Assembly (NCBI GenBank): GCA_041660605.1
Contig: JBAZWB010000001.1
Coordinates: forward strand, 750,503 to 814,502
Reading direction: 5' to 3'
Length of the DNA: 64,000 bases
Source of the DNA: Patescibacteria group bacterium
Lineage (GTDB): Bacteria; Patescibacteriota; Patescibacteriia; UBA10025; JAHIVO01
The notes below the pieces were generated by a model. That model was not told the origin of the DNA. It did no database searches and worked only from the letters and a program-made list of their open reading frames with translations. The position numbers and the translations under genes are program-made. Below are positions 40,471 to 49,804 of the stretch, piece after piece. Each line of letters opens with the position of its first letter. The stretch's first letter is position 1.

Positions 40471-41037
40471 TTAAATTAATCTAAAAGATTCCACCACTTC
40501 ATCGAAAACTTCATTATGAGAGTAATTTGTTTCTTCAGTTATTATGTAAATCTTTTTATTTTTTGAAACTACTATGGTTCTTTGATTAGTCGAATTACTA
40601 ATAAACTTTTCTGCTGTTTGCCCGGAAACTGTCTCACTGGACACTTTATAAGCCGAGAAATCATTTTTATCCAATAGTTCAATCAAAAGTACAATTGACT
40701 CATCTTTCTTCTGAAGCAGATAATTTTCTATTTCCAAATTATTATCATTAGAATAAACCGAAATGGTAACCTCTTCGCCCTCATTTGGCTGCTCGTACAC
40801 CGTTAAATTAATTGAGTTACCCTGTGGCAGATTATCAGTTTCCGTGTTTATTTGATAATCAGATGGATAAGAAAAACTGAAATAGTTTTCCGTATTGGAA
40901 TACGTTTTTAATTCAGTGTTATTGATACTTATTTGTTCTATTTTTGTTCCTGCCCCTCCTCTTAGCACTAAAAATCCAACTATAATTAAACCAGCAACGC
41001 AAATAATTATTGAAGTGATTATTAAATTTTTTTTCAT
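40471..41037 (-). CDS. Membrane-anchored extracellular protein (PsbP-like pattern)
   Basis: N-terminal TM, Y.N...FSFSYP, C-terminal FDEVVESFRL. Confidence 0.7.
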   Translation of the reverse strand: MKKNLIITSIIICVAGLIIVGFLVLRGGAGTKIEQISINNTELKTYSNTENYFSFSYPSDYQINTETDNLPQGNSINLTVYEQPNEGEEVTISVYSNDNNLEIENYLLQKKDESIVLLIELLDKNDFSAYKVSSETVSGQTAEKFISNSTNQRTIVVSKNKKIYIITEETNYSHNEVFDEVVESFRLI

Positions 41038-41684
41038 ATATCAATTAATTTAAAACTAGAAATAACTTCTTCTGCCAACGGATTTGAATCTGTGTTTTCA
41101 TATACTATGCCAATGTGATAAAGCCAACCTTTGTTAATAAAATAATATTCTGTGGCATAATCTTTAACACCGCCGGTAAAATCAACCCTATCAGCTTCAA
41201 TACCGTCAGCCAATCTTTCTTTCCTGAATGTCCACTCCCCCTCGCCATACTGCTGGTTTAAATAGTCAGTAAGTGTTTCGTTACTAAATAAGCTACGAGT
41301 AAACTGAACCGCCGTTCCAGTTAAGCTCACCAGATTTTCATCCTCCGGACCTTTGCCCGAGCTTCTATAAAGCGGCTTGTCCGAACTTTCAACGCTGATC
41401 ATATTTCCGCTGTAAATTACCTGTTGTACGCCATTGACCACGACATTATCAACCGTGGTTCTCACATGCCACTCTTTTGGCATTTCGAAAGAAATCTGCA
41501 AATTGGGGTCTGTATAGAGATCACGGTCGGCACTTACTATCACTCGAGTAGCGTTATTTGAGGCAGAATTCGTCTGTAGATTGGTGTTGGTTTCGCCCGA
41601 GTTATTATTCGAAATAAAAAAATAAACACTTACTAATATTATTGCCACAATTATAACGCAAATTAAAATGTTTTTTTTAGTCAT
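41034..41684 (-). CDS. Membrane-anchored extracellular protein (PsbP-like pattern)
   Basis: N-terminal TM, ISFEMPKEW, EEVISSFKL. Start moved to 41684. Confidence 0.7.
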   Translation of the reverse strand: MTKKNILICVIIVAIILVSVYFFISNNNSGETNTNLQTNSASNNATRVIVSADRDLYTDPNLQISFEMPKEWHVRTTVDNVVVNGVQQVIYSGNMISVESSDKPLYRSSGKGPEDENLVSLTGTAVQFTRSLFSNETLTDYLNQQYGEGEWTFRKERLADGIEADRVDFTGGVKDYATEYYFINKGWLYHIGIVYENTDSNPLAEEVISSFKLIDI

Positions 41685-42903
41685 ATTGCAGCGAACTAAT
41701 AATATTTTCAAATTGTTTAACGCTTTCCGCCTCCTCATTAAATATCTGAAATTTTCCCGATTCAATTTGTCGGACAAAATAATCAAACTCACTTTCCTTT
41801 ACATTAATTACATTATTGTCCGTAGGGACATAGCCAAATATCGCTTTTTTAGAATTATCATCTTTGTTCCGAATAAAAACCTCACGCACTATAGTACCTG
41901 AATTTTCAATACCATAATCATATATAAATTCATAAAATGAAAATCCCTCGTAACCGTCAGGTACCTGCATAAATGGCTTACAAGCTGCGTACTTAAATGA
42001 AGGCAGATTAACCAACAAACTACAAAAATCTCCCGAATTGGATTGAAAGGGTTCCTGTCCAAGGAATGATAAAAAGCGTTCCGTGCCGCACAAAACGTCC
42101 TGCATTCCGTAACTAACCCATAAACCAACCCCCGTTTGCGTTTGAAAATATGATACCCGGCAAGACAAATCCACAGAATGTACGCTTTTATCATTTAGAG
42201 AATCAATATCCGCTTGAGTGAATTTAATAAAATCTACGGGTATTTCAATTTTTAGCAAAGAATATGGAAAACTTAATGTTCCCGTTTGTCCATTTAGGCT
42301 GTATCTGTAATAACCAAGTTCCGGGCGTGTATCCGGCCCTCGCGAAGTATCAAATAACAATTCTTTGCCTCCAGACGTTAAATATAATATATTACCTTCA
42401 ACTTTAGTGATTTCCACATCCGTACCAATCAAATTATCCGGATCTTCATACGAAATTGATGTTGCTGCTAACGGATCAAACGCGGTGATGTCTATATAAT
42501 GGAAACTATAATGATTTTCTTCGCGAATCTCCGAAATAAACCATAATCTTGTTTTGTTACTATTCCAAATAAAATTTCTATATTGAAAGTTAAAATCATA
42601 GGTACCATTAACCATTTCTGACAAATTATCCTGTCGATCATACATTGTTAAAATCTGCTTTCCATCGGATTTAATGGTATGCTCTAGATAATAGTTAGAA
42701 TCAGAAAACGCATACACCTGTGTATTGTTGGTCAGTTGATTAATATTATCTAATGAAGAATTGCTCATCTTATTACTTACATTATTAGTATAATCCTTAT
42801 TGATGCTGTCCTTATTTGTATCAACTATGAGTATAATTGCAAGAACAGCTACAATAAAAATAGCTATTAATATTAATCCTACTTTTTTATTTATTGATTT
42901 CAT
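41677..42903 (-). CDS. Membrane-anchored extracellular hypothetical protein
   Basis: N-terminal TM, Asn-rich linker, and C-terminal FENIISSL similar to its neighbours. Confidence 0.7.
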   Translation of the reverse strand: MKSINKKVGLILIAIFIVAVLAIILIVDTNKDSINKDYTNNVSNKMSNSSLDNINQLTNNTQVYAFSDSNYYLEHTIKSDGKQILTMYDRQDNLSEMVNGTYDFNFQYRNFIWNSNKTRLWFISEIREENHYSFHYIDITAFDPLAATSISYEDPDNLIGTDVEITKVEGNILYLTSGGKELLFDTSRGPDTRPELGYYRYSLNGQTGTLSFPYSLLKIEIPVDFIKFTQADIDSLNDKSVHSVDLSCRVSYFQTQTGVGLWVSYGMQDVLCGTERFLSFLGQEPFQSNSGDFCSLLVNLPSFKYAACKPFMQVPDGYEGFSFYEFIYDYGIENSGTIVREVFIRNKDDNSKKAIFGYVPTDNNVINVKESEFDYFVRQIESGKFQIFNEEAESVKQFENIISSLQYD

Positions 42904-42946
42904 GCGAATTAAAATAAATAATTAGATAAAGATGATTTTAGAATGC

Positions 42947-42981
42947 GTGGTGGAAAAGGAGTGTTTCCCTCTTCCACCACA
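42947..42981 (-). terminator. Hairpin downstream of the M23 gene
   Basis: GTGGTGGAA..GG / CC..TTCCACCAC stem. Confidence 0.55.
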
Positions 42982-42998
42982 CTTATGTGGGTAAATGG

Positions 42999-43673
42999 CT
43001 AATATTGCCACCAGTAGAAATCAATTTGGCAGGCATAATACTCTGAATCACACAGCGTCGGAATAACGGGATGTCCGTTGTTGTCATTGATGTTCTCGTA
43101 TCCAACAATATGCAGATGTGTTCCAATAGAATTTCCGGAATTTCCAGTTCTGCCGAGAAAAAAATGAGCCGGAATATTTTTTCCCACATAAACTCGCGAG
43201 TAGATGTAGGATAAATGCGCATAGCGTATGGCAACATGGCGAATTGGGTCATACACTACAACGGTATACCCATAGCCATTTTGCCACCCTGCGTAGATTA
43301 TTCTGCCTCCAAACCCGGCAAAAATCTGTATGCCATAATCTAAACCGTTAATTTGGTTTAAATCACGCGCATAATATTCCGCGCCCGAATGAGTGCTTAG
43401 CCGGCCATTGCAAAATGGTGCACCGATTGTAGAACCTGGGGTATTTGGTCCATCCCAACCAATCCAATCACCTTTCAGCTGTAATGATCCAAATGGCCAA
43501 GCCACAATCATTTTAGCCCCACGTTTTGATAACACTTCCACTGCCCCCACATCAACATCATTGAATTCAGCTTCCTTGGGCTGGGGATTACTGGCTTTGT
43601 CGGCTAGCTTCGAACAACCGACAACGAAAGCTAGGATTAGCGCCAATATCGTAATTAATCTGTGGTTCTTCAT
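42999..43673 (-). CDS. Lipoprotein with an M23 peptidase domain
   Basis: VVGC lipobox, H.....YARD, GYGYTVVV, YAHL, GRTGNSGNSIGTHLH. Confidence 0.8.
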   Translation of the reverse strand: MKNHRLITILALILAFVVGCSKLADKASNPQPKEAEFNDVDVGAVEVLSKRGAKMIVAWPFGSLQLKGDWIGWDGPNTPGSTIGAPFCNGRLSTHSGAEYYARDLNQINGLDYGIQIFAGFGGRIIYAGWQNGYGYTVVVYDPIRHVAIRYAHLSYIYSRVYVGKNIPAHFFLGRTGNSGNSIGTHLHIVGYENINDNNGHPVIPTLCDSEYYACQIDFYWWQY

Positions 43674-43855
43674 TTTCTCTTTGTTCCTTTCCTGAAAGGT
43701 AGTTTTGATTTCAAGTTGCGGTTTTTTAGGCTTTCAGAAAATACCCACGTGTTTTCCGAAAGCTGGTTGCTATTTGCCTCCCATGGTTATTGCCATAGAC
43801 ATGCTCCTTTGTTTACAATGAACGGTTTTTTAGGTTAATTAAAAACTATTTTATA

Positions 43856-44137
43856 TTAAACAAAAATTATTATTAATAATGACAGGACCACAAATAAAAG
43901 CCAATTAGCCAAAGCTCCTTGCGCATAGAACTTATAACTCTTGTTAGACAGCCCGAAAAAAGCTACAAAAAATAATACCCCACTTAAAATATAAGTTACA
44001 ATTGCTGGGAGGTCGATCTGTGATTTTGAAAATATGATTTTGAATAAATCTAAGGAAGAAAGCGCCGCAGCATACAGAAAAAAACCGACAATGCGTTCTT
44101 TTAAAAATATTTTTTTAAATTCAGTTTCCATATACAT
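43856..44137 (-). CDS. Small 3-TM membrane protein
   Basis: 93 aa hydrophobic ORF. Confidence 0.55.
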   Translation of the reverse strand: MYMETEFKKIFLKERIVGFFLYAAALSSLDLFKIIFSKSQIDLPAIVTYILSGVLFFVAFFGLSNKSYKFYAQGALANWLLFVVLSLLIIIFV

Positions 44138-44199
44138 AATATTACTAATTAATAATGTTGAGGGAAGAATTAGTTGTCTTCTTCCCTCTTCTCGGACCG

Positions 44200-44736
44200 C
44201 TAGCCCGTTATCCAGATGCCACCTGCCCAGGTGTGATTAATACAGAAACGACTGTAATGATAGTAATAGTACTGTGCCCAGAGATAGATCGGATATGCGT
44301 ATCCACTGCGAGACATGAGGTCAAGCATATAGACTGCTGATAGTTCAGAATAGCATTCCTTGTACCCCCACCAGTACCAATAAAACTCGATCTTTGCGAT
44401 CGCCGGAGACTCGTTCATCTCCTGAATCTTCTGATTAGCAATCGGAATTCCTTTCTGCAGATTGAGCACAGTTTCCAGATCAGAACCGGCAATCGAGCTG
44501 TGCGCGGCCTTGAATCCCGCTTCGTCAAAGACATACTGTCCGTCTTTGGTTTGGGTAACGTACGGATCCATAGCCGCAATCATCTGCTCATACTGAGCGG
44601 CCTTGGCCTGTTCTTTGGCAAACGGCTGTTCCGGTTCGCTGGCAACCGGGGCTTTCACTCCCGAACAGCCAGGCAGCAGGAACATGATGGCCAATGGAAA
44701 CGCCAACAATCGGTAAAGAAGTTTATGCTTCATCAT
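44200..44736 (-). CDS. Hypothetical lipoprotein with an aromatic-rich C-terminus
   Basis: LPGC lipobox, AAAGG RBS, YWYWWGY motif, hairpin at ~44160-44191 downstream. Confidence 0.7.
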   Translation of the reverse strand: MMKHKLLYRLLAFPLAIMFLLPGCSGVKAPVASEPEQPFAKEQAKAAQYEQMIAAMDPYVTQTKDGQYVFDEAGFKAAHSSIAGSDLETVLNLQKGIPIANQKIQEMNESPAIAKIEFYWYWWGYKECYSELSAVYMLDLMSRSGYAYPIYLWAQYYYYHYSRFCINHTWAGGIWITG

Positions 44737-45128
44737 ATAGAGAAGCCTTTCAAAAACAGAATTTCCGTGAGTGCTTGATTGGCAAATAACAATCGTAAGA
44801 AGAGACCCACGTTTTCTCCCTACTAAAATCAATTAACTGTAACCTCTCTTTCTACCTGCGAAATGGCAAGTGGTTGGTATGGTTTAGGCTATCAATGAGC
44901 GATTATTTATGTTGGAAAAGGCTCTTATGCACATGTTTTGACGACGGCGAATGTCCGCGACGGCGCAATCAGATATAAATTTATTTACGAATAATCATTG
45001 ATATTGCTTATCATAATTTTTCATAAAAAATAACAGAGCGCCGTCAATCTTTTGCCCTGTTAATGTTCGTTTCTATCTTAATTATATCATTTTTCAATCA
45101 AACATTCAGCATCTAATAATAAAATTAA

Positions 45129-46580
45129 TTATTTTATTTTCCCAATCCTCTCAACTGCCTGTTTATAAAGCAACGCATTCGCAATCGCACCCGTCATCTG
45201 CGGCTGGAGACGATTTAAGTACTGAATATTATCAGAAGTAAAAGCTTCGTTATTATCTTTATTACCAAACAATAATAACCCTATTAATTCCCCTTTCTCC
45301 CCAATTGGCAGCATTAACCCCACTTTTAGATATTTCATCTCTTCATAAATATCTTTTAGTATTTGTGTTTCTCCGTTTTCTTCTTCTTCTATTATGTAAG
45401 GTATTTCTTCAATAATTAGGATTTTCGGATAATTGCGTAAATACTGAAATAATGGACTGCTTGGTGTAAATGTTATTTTCTTATCATCTGGGTAATAATT
45501 TTCCAGCTGGCCAGTTTTTTTGTTTTGCCAAATGAATTGAATTGTATTTACATTAAGATAATTGATTAATTCTATTGTTATTCTCTTTAGTAGCTGATCA
45601 AATTGCAGCGAAGAAGACATTATAGTTCTCAATTGGCGAGCTTTTTCTAATTGATTATTGTGCTTGGAATAGAATACATTATCAATTATTTTCACTAATA
45701 ACCTACGTAAAGGCTCGACAGTAAAGGCAATGATAACAATTAATACAATTGTAGTAGTTTGTTCTGACCAACTATATTGTTTCTCAAAATAACTCTTGGA
45801 AATAATAAGTAAATAAATGTAGAAAAAAAGAATAATTGCTAATGATAAAAAATGTATAAAACCTTTTTTTATAACAACTCTAATATCCATAAACCTATAA
45901 CGTATTATCGTGTATGTCATTAAAATTGCGATGACTATCGTTACAAGTGGCCCATAGGGGGATATTATGGCTTTATCAGATTCGATACCATGTGTAAACA
46001 ATATCGGATAAATTAAGTTTGTAAATAATCCGAAAATTGTAGCTATAATAAATGAAAATATAAGATACTTCGTTTTGATTTTTTCAATACCTGTTGATAT
46101 TGATTTTTGCTTGAATAATAAATAAAACCCTATAATAAAATAAGTGATAAGATAAAACCCATACATCTTATATAAAGAACCATAAACAATATCATTTATA
46201 GGCACTCCTAGTCTTATAATAACGTCTTTTGCTACTAGGTCAGTTAGGCTGATTATTGAGAAAAAAAATGAAACTAAAAATATTAGAACCTTGATACTTT
46301 TTTTAATTTTTAAAGTGTTTGGAAAATTTATCACTAAATTTACAAAGAAAAAAACTATTAATACAGGAAAGAAAAACAAAATTTTTAAATTAAAAGCTGC
46401 TATACTATATTGCTTTATTACACCATCTAACCAATTAAAGAGTATCCATCCGGAAGTTGCAATCATCAGTAGAAAAAAGTAAACATTCGGTTTTTTATTT
46501 TTCCCTTTCCACCATACAAAAAAGCCTAACGACAAATTAGCCACTACCACGAAAATTGAAATAATATCCAGTATTGTCAT
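45129..46580 (-). CDS. Kinase-less HisKA_7TM-like + GAF membrane protein
   Basis: Multi-TM N-terminus, Y.IIRYRFMDI, and a GAF ending ANALLYKQAVERIG. No H-box. Confidence 0.85.
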   Translation of the reverse strand: MTILDIISIFVVVANLSLGFFVWWKGKNKKPNVYFFLLMIATSGWILFNWLDGVIKQYSIAAFNLKILFFFPVLIVFFFVNLVINFPNTLKIKKSIKVLIFLVSFFFSIISLTDLVAKDVIIRLGVPINDIVYGSLYKMYGFYLITYFIIGFYLLFKQKSISTGIEKIKTKYLIFSFIIATIFGLFTNLIYPILFTHGIESDKAIISPYGPLVTIVIAILMTYTIIRYRFMDIRVVIKKGFIHFLSLAIILFFYIYLLIISKSYFEKQYSWSEQTTTIVLIVIIAFTVEPLRRLLVKIIDNVFYSKHNNQLEKARQLRTIMSSSLQFDQLLKRITIELINYLNVNTIQFIWQNKKTGQLENYYPDDKKITFTPSSPLFQYLRNYPKILIIEEIPYIIEEEENGETQILKDIYEEMKYLKVGLMLPIGEKGELIGLLLFGNKDNNEAFTSDNIQYLNRLQPQMTGAIANALLYKQAVERIGKIK

Positions 46581-46590
46581 ATACCTATAA

Positions 46591-48006
46591 TTATTTATTA
46601 AAATTCCCAATCCTCTCAACTGCTTGTTTATAAAGCAACGCATTCGCAATCGCACCCGTCATCTGCGGCTGGAGTCGCTGTAAATATTGTATCGCATCAA
46701 CTGTATAAGCGTCTTTTTTGTTTTTCGGACCAAAAAGGAAGACGCCTACTAACTCCCCTCTCTCGCCAATCGGTAAAACCAAACTAACTGCTAACTGTTT
46801 TAGTTTTTCTTCAATATTTTTTAACTTACCAACTTCGCCATTTTTACTCTCTTCCATTAAATATGGAATTTCCTCAGTAATTAATATGTTTGGATTATCC
46901 TGCAAATAGCTGAATAATACGTCCGTTGATTTTATACTGACTGTTGTATTTTCTGTATTATCATTTTTTAAGTCTCCGGTTTGTCTATCTAATTCTAAAA
47001 AATAAATTTTATTAATTTGCAAAAAATCCTTTAAGCTTCCAGTTGCTCTATTTATCAGATGATCAAAATGCATTGAAGAAGACAGAATGAGTTTTAATTT
47101 TCTCGCTTCTTCATCCACATTTCTTTGCTTGGAATAAAACACTTTATCAATAACTTTCACCAATAACCTACGTAAAGGTTCAATAGTTAGTGCAATGATT
47201 ATCACCAACACAATTGTCGTTGTCTGTTCTGACCAGTAAAACGTTTTTTCAAAATAGCTTTTAGAAAAAATCAGTAAGTATATGTAAATAAATAAAATAA
47301 TTGCTAATGTTAGAAAGTTTACCAGACCTTTCCTAACGATAAACTTAATATCCATAAATCTATATTTGAAAATAGAATATGAAATCAAAGTTACAAATAT
47401 AATTGAAACCATAGCATCAAGTCTTGCAAAATATAATCGTTCAAAATAGGGAAAAATAAAATTAAAAATTAATACAATTAAAATAGGAATAATAAAACCA
47501 ATTATTACATAAATATTTTGTAATTTCTTAATTCCCATTGATTTTTTATATCCTGCCAACAATATTATGATCGAAATCAATAAAATCAATCCAATCGGAA
47601 TTGTGAAAGCAGTAAAATATTTTCCTAAATTCGCATCAAATCCAAAGGGTGTTTGTATCATTTCAGTACTTAATATAAAATTGGGAATTAGAGTTAGTAA
47701 AGCAACTAGTATACACACCAATACTCCAAAAATCTTCCAAAACTTTTTAATATTAACCTTACTATAGTAAATAACCCATAAAAATATACCTGCTGCTAAT
47801 AACACACCAGACATATAGGTTAATGTTTCAAAAAAATATTTTGGAATAAATAAAAATAGTACATTACTAATAACCCATATTGTTGCAAGAAAAATAAAAT
47901 AAGAAAAGGTTTTTTGAACTTTATTTTTTGATTTTATAAATACCGATATTCCCAATGCTAGATTAAGAATTGTTGCTGCGATCATTAAAATTTTAGAAAT
48001 CAACAT
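46591..48006 (-). CDS. Kinase-less HisKA_7TM-like + GAF membrane protein
   Basis: Same architecture; YSIFKYRFMDI; C-terminus nearly identical to 45129-46580. Confidence 0.85.
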   Translation of the reverse strand: MLISKILMIAATILNLALGISVFIKSKNKVQKTFSYFIFLATIWVISNVLFLFIPKYFFETLTYMSGVLLAAGIFLWVIYYSKVNIKKFWKIFGVLVCILVALLTLIPNFILSTEMIQTPFGFDANLGKYFTAFTIPIGLILLISIIILLAGYKKSMGIKKLQNIYVIIGFIIPILIVLIFNFIFPYFERLYFARLDAMVSIIFVTLISYSIFKYRFMDIKFIVRKGLVNFLTLAIILFIYIYLLIFSKSYFEKTFYWSEQTTTIVLVIIIALTIEPLRRLLVKVIDKVFYSKQRNVDEEARKLKLILSSSMHFDHLINRATGSLKDFLQINKIYFLELDRQTGDLKNDNTENTTVSIKSTDVLFSYLQDNPNILITEEIPYLMEESKNGEVGKLKNIEEKLKQLAVSLVLPIGERGELVGVFLFGPKNKKDAYTVDAIQYLQRLQPQMTGAIANALLYKQAVERIGNFNK

Positions 48007-48008
48007 AC

Positions 48009-48109
48009 TTATTTATCCTTAAAATTATTATCTTCACCCATAATCTTTTCAATAACATCCCTCAAAAAATCTGCCTGGTTTTGTGTTTTCTACTTAAATT
48101 CATACGCAT
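48009..48109 (-). pseudogene. Frameshifted relic of the C-terminus of the 48651-49241 gene
   Basis: Translates as ...SRKHKT/(1-nt slip)/ADFLRDVIEKIMGEDNNFKDK-stop, against KRKKKTKADFLRDIIEDIMQKDEGFRNK-stop in the intact gene. Confidence 0.75.
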
Positions 48110-48199
48110 AAATTAAATTGTTATAAAGGTAAATTCATAAGTTACGCTTGATATGGGAAGTGGGACGTAGAAGTGAGATGCGGGTCGGGTAATGAGAAG

Positions 48200-48586
48200 C
48201 TAGGAGTGAGGCAAGTTACTTATCCAGTTTTTTCCAAGATTATAAAGTTGCTTGCCTGCTATATTGTACGTTTCAATTAGTTTACTGCATATTTCAGAAG
48301 AAACGTATTTACTATAAACATCTCTACATACGCTCAAATGATGAATCATCTCATTGCTCTCGCCGATTGCATCATCAATGTACTTTTTCCAACTACGTTT
48401 ATAATTTTTCTTTGCGTAACCTTCGGCCAGTTGAGCCGGTGCACTCTTACAGGCTCTTCTTAATTGATCTGCTAAATCAAATCTTTCTTCTTTTGGTAAA
48501 TTTGGCACAACTTTTGTTAAAACAATTACCATTGCTTTATATAAATTCTGGTAAACTATTAGATCAGTATAACTTTTAATTGGCAT
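48200..48586 (-). CDS. Four-helix-bundle protein
   Basis: SYTDLIVYQ, LPKEERFDLADQLRRACKS.PAQLAEG, GESNE. Confidence 0.9.
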   Translation of the reverse strand: MPIKSYTDLIVYQNLYKAMVIVLTKVVPNLPKEERFDLADQLRRACKSAPAQLAEGYAKKNYKRSWKKYIDDAIGESNEMIHHLSVCRDVYSKYVSSEICSKLIETYNIAGKQLYNLGKNWISNLPHS

Positions 48587-48650
48587 ATTATTTAGCAATT
48601 TTTTTGTTAATTAAATCCCCACCTCACACATCCGAAACCCACATCTAACC

Positions 48651-49241
48651 TCACTTATTCCGAAATCCCTCATCTTTTTGCATAATATCCTCAATTATAT
48701 CTCTTAGAAAGTCAGCTTTAGTCTTCTTCTTACGCTTTGACATATACTGTAGATACCTTTCCATCTGGGAATTTATTCTTAAAGTGAATTTGATCGTCGG
48801 TTTTTCCTTAATTCCCTTTCCCTGGCCGACTTCGTTGATAAAATCCCCAACTACTTGCGCCAAATCGTTTTTGGAATACGACTTCATTACCATGAATTCC
48901 GGCGTGTTTTTCTTGGTTAAATACCCATGCGCCACCTTTTCCGGCGTGCCTTTTTGGTACAAATATAACAATGGTTTTTTCTGTGAAATGGCGTAGGCCA
49001 ATAAATAACCGATTTCCTGGTCTGGCTGCGAAGCTTCTACAATTAAACAATCCATTTTATCCAGTAATATTTCCCCAGCTTCAGTCATCTGTTCCAGCTC
49101 TTCCTTTTTAAAATCCGTATTATTTTCATTTGACGATGCCACCACGAAAACACCGGATTGTCTTAAAGTTTCAACAATTTTTTTGTAATTTTGATCCAGT
49201 TCGGTAGTTGAGATTAGTGGACTGAAGAAATAGGTTCTCAT
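48651..49241 (-). CDS. Nucleoside deoxyribosyltransferase/DNPH1-like domain fused to a C-terminal ribbon-helix-helix
   Basis: D.LIVEAS.P...IGY..AYA...KKP.L.L, followed by IKFTLRIN...YL.....K.TKADFLRDII. Confidence 0.7.
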   Translation of the reverse strand: MRTYFFSPLISTTELDQNYKKIVETLRQSGVFVVASSNENNTDFKKEELEQMTEAGEILLDKMDCLIVEASQPDQEIGYLLAYAISQKKPLLYLYQKGTPEKVAHGYLTKKNTPEFMVMKSYSKNDLAQVVGDFINEVGQGKGIKEKPTIKFTLRINSQMERYLQYMSKRKKKTKADFLRDIIEDIMQKDEGFRNK

Positions 49242-49324
49242 AGTTTATTTAATGGTTTCGGTTGTGGCTTTAAAAGAAATAAGTCTTAGGTTTAAAGTTG
49301 AAAGAAGAAAGTATGGATAAAAGA

Positions 49325-49720
49325 TTAAGGTCTTAGGTCTTTTCGATTAAAATTCTTCCAGGCGAGGCTTAATTTATACAATTGTTTATTAATTAAATCA
49401 TAATTCTTTAATAAACGTTCACATATTTTTTTATCAATATTACCCCCATATATGTCCATGCAATAACTTATATGTACTATGGTCTCATTGCATTCACCCA
49501 TTGCATCATCAAGGTATTTTTTGAAACTCTTTGGCATATGTTTCTTGGCAAACCCTTCCGCAATTAAAGGCGCAATCGCTTTTGCGGATCTTCCTAATTG
49601 ATCAACTAGGCCATACCGCTCTGAAGCAGGTAATTTAACTACAACATCTTTCATAACCACGACAGCGGAACTATAGGCATTTTGGTAAACATATAAATCT
49701 TTAAAACTTTGAATTGCCAT
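49325..49720 (-). CDS. Four-helix-bundle protein
   Basis: SFKDLYVYQ, LPASERYGLVDQLGRSA....IAEG, GECNE. Confidence 0.9.
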   Translation of the reverse strand: MAIQSFKDLYVYQNAYSSAVVVMKDVVVKLPASERYGLVDQLGRSAKAIAPLIAEGFAKKHMPKSFKKYLDDAMGECNETIVHISYCMDIYGGNIDKKICERLLKNYDLINKQLYKLSLAWKNFNRKDLRP

Positions 49721-49804
49721 ATTCTTAAAACTTTAAACTTTATTCCATTCCTTCCTCCTTAAACTTTCAACTTATGACCTATATCAATTTAAAATATTTA
49801 TTAA

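Noticed and set aside
45139-46674. The 71-bp duplication as a DGR TR/VR pair
   Set aside because: There is only one mismatch, both copies are coding 3' ends of paralogues, and no RT is present.
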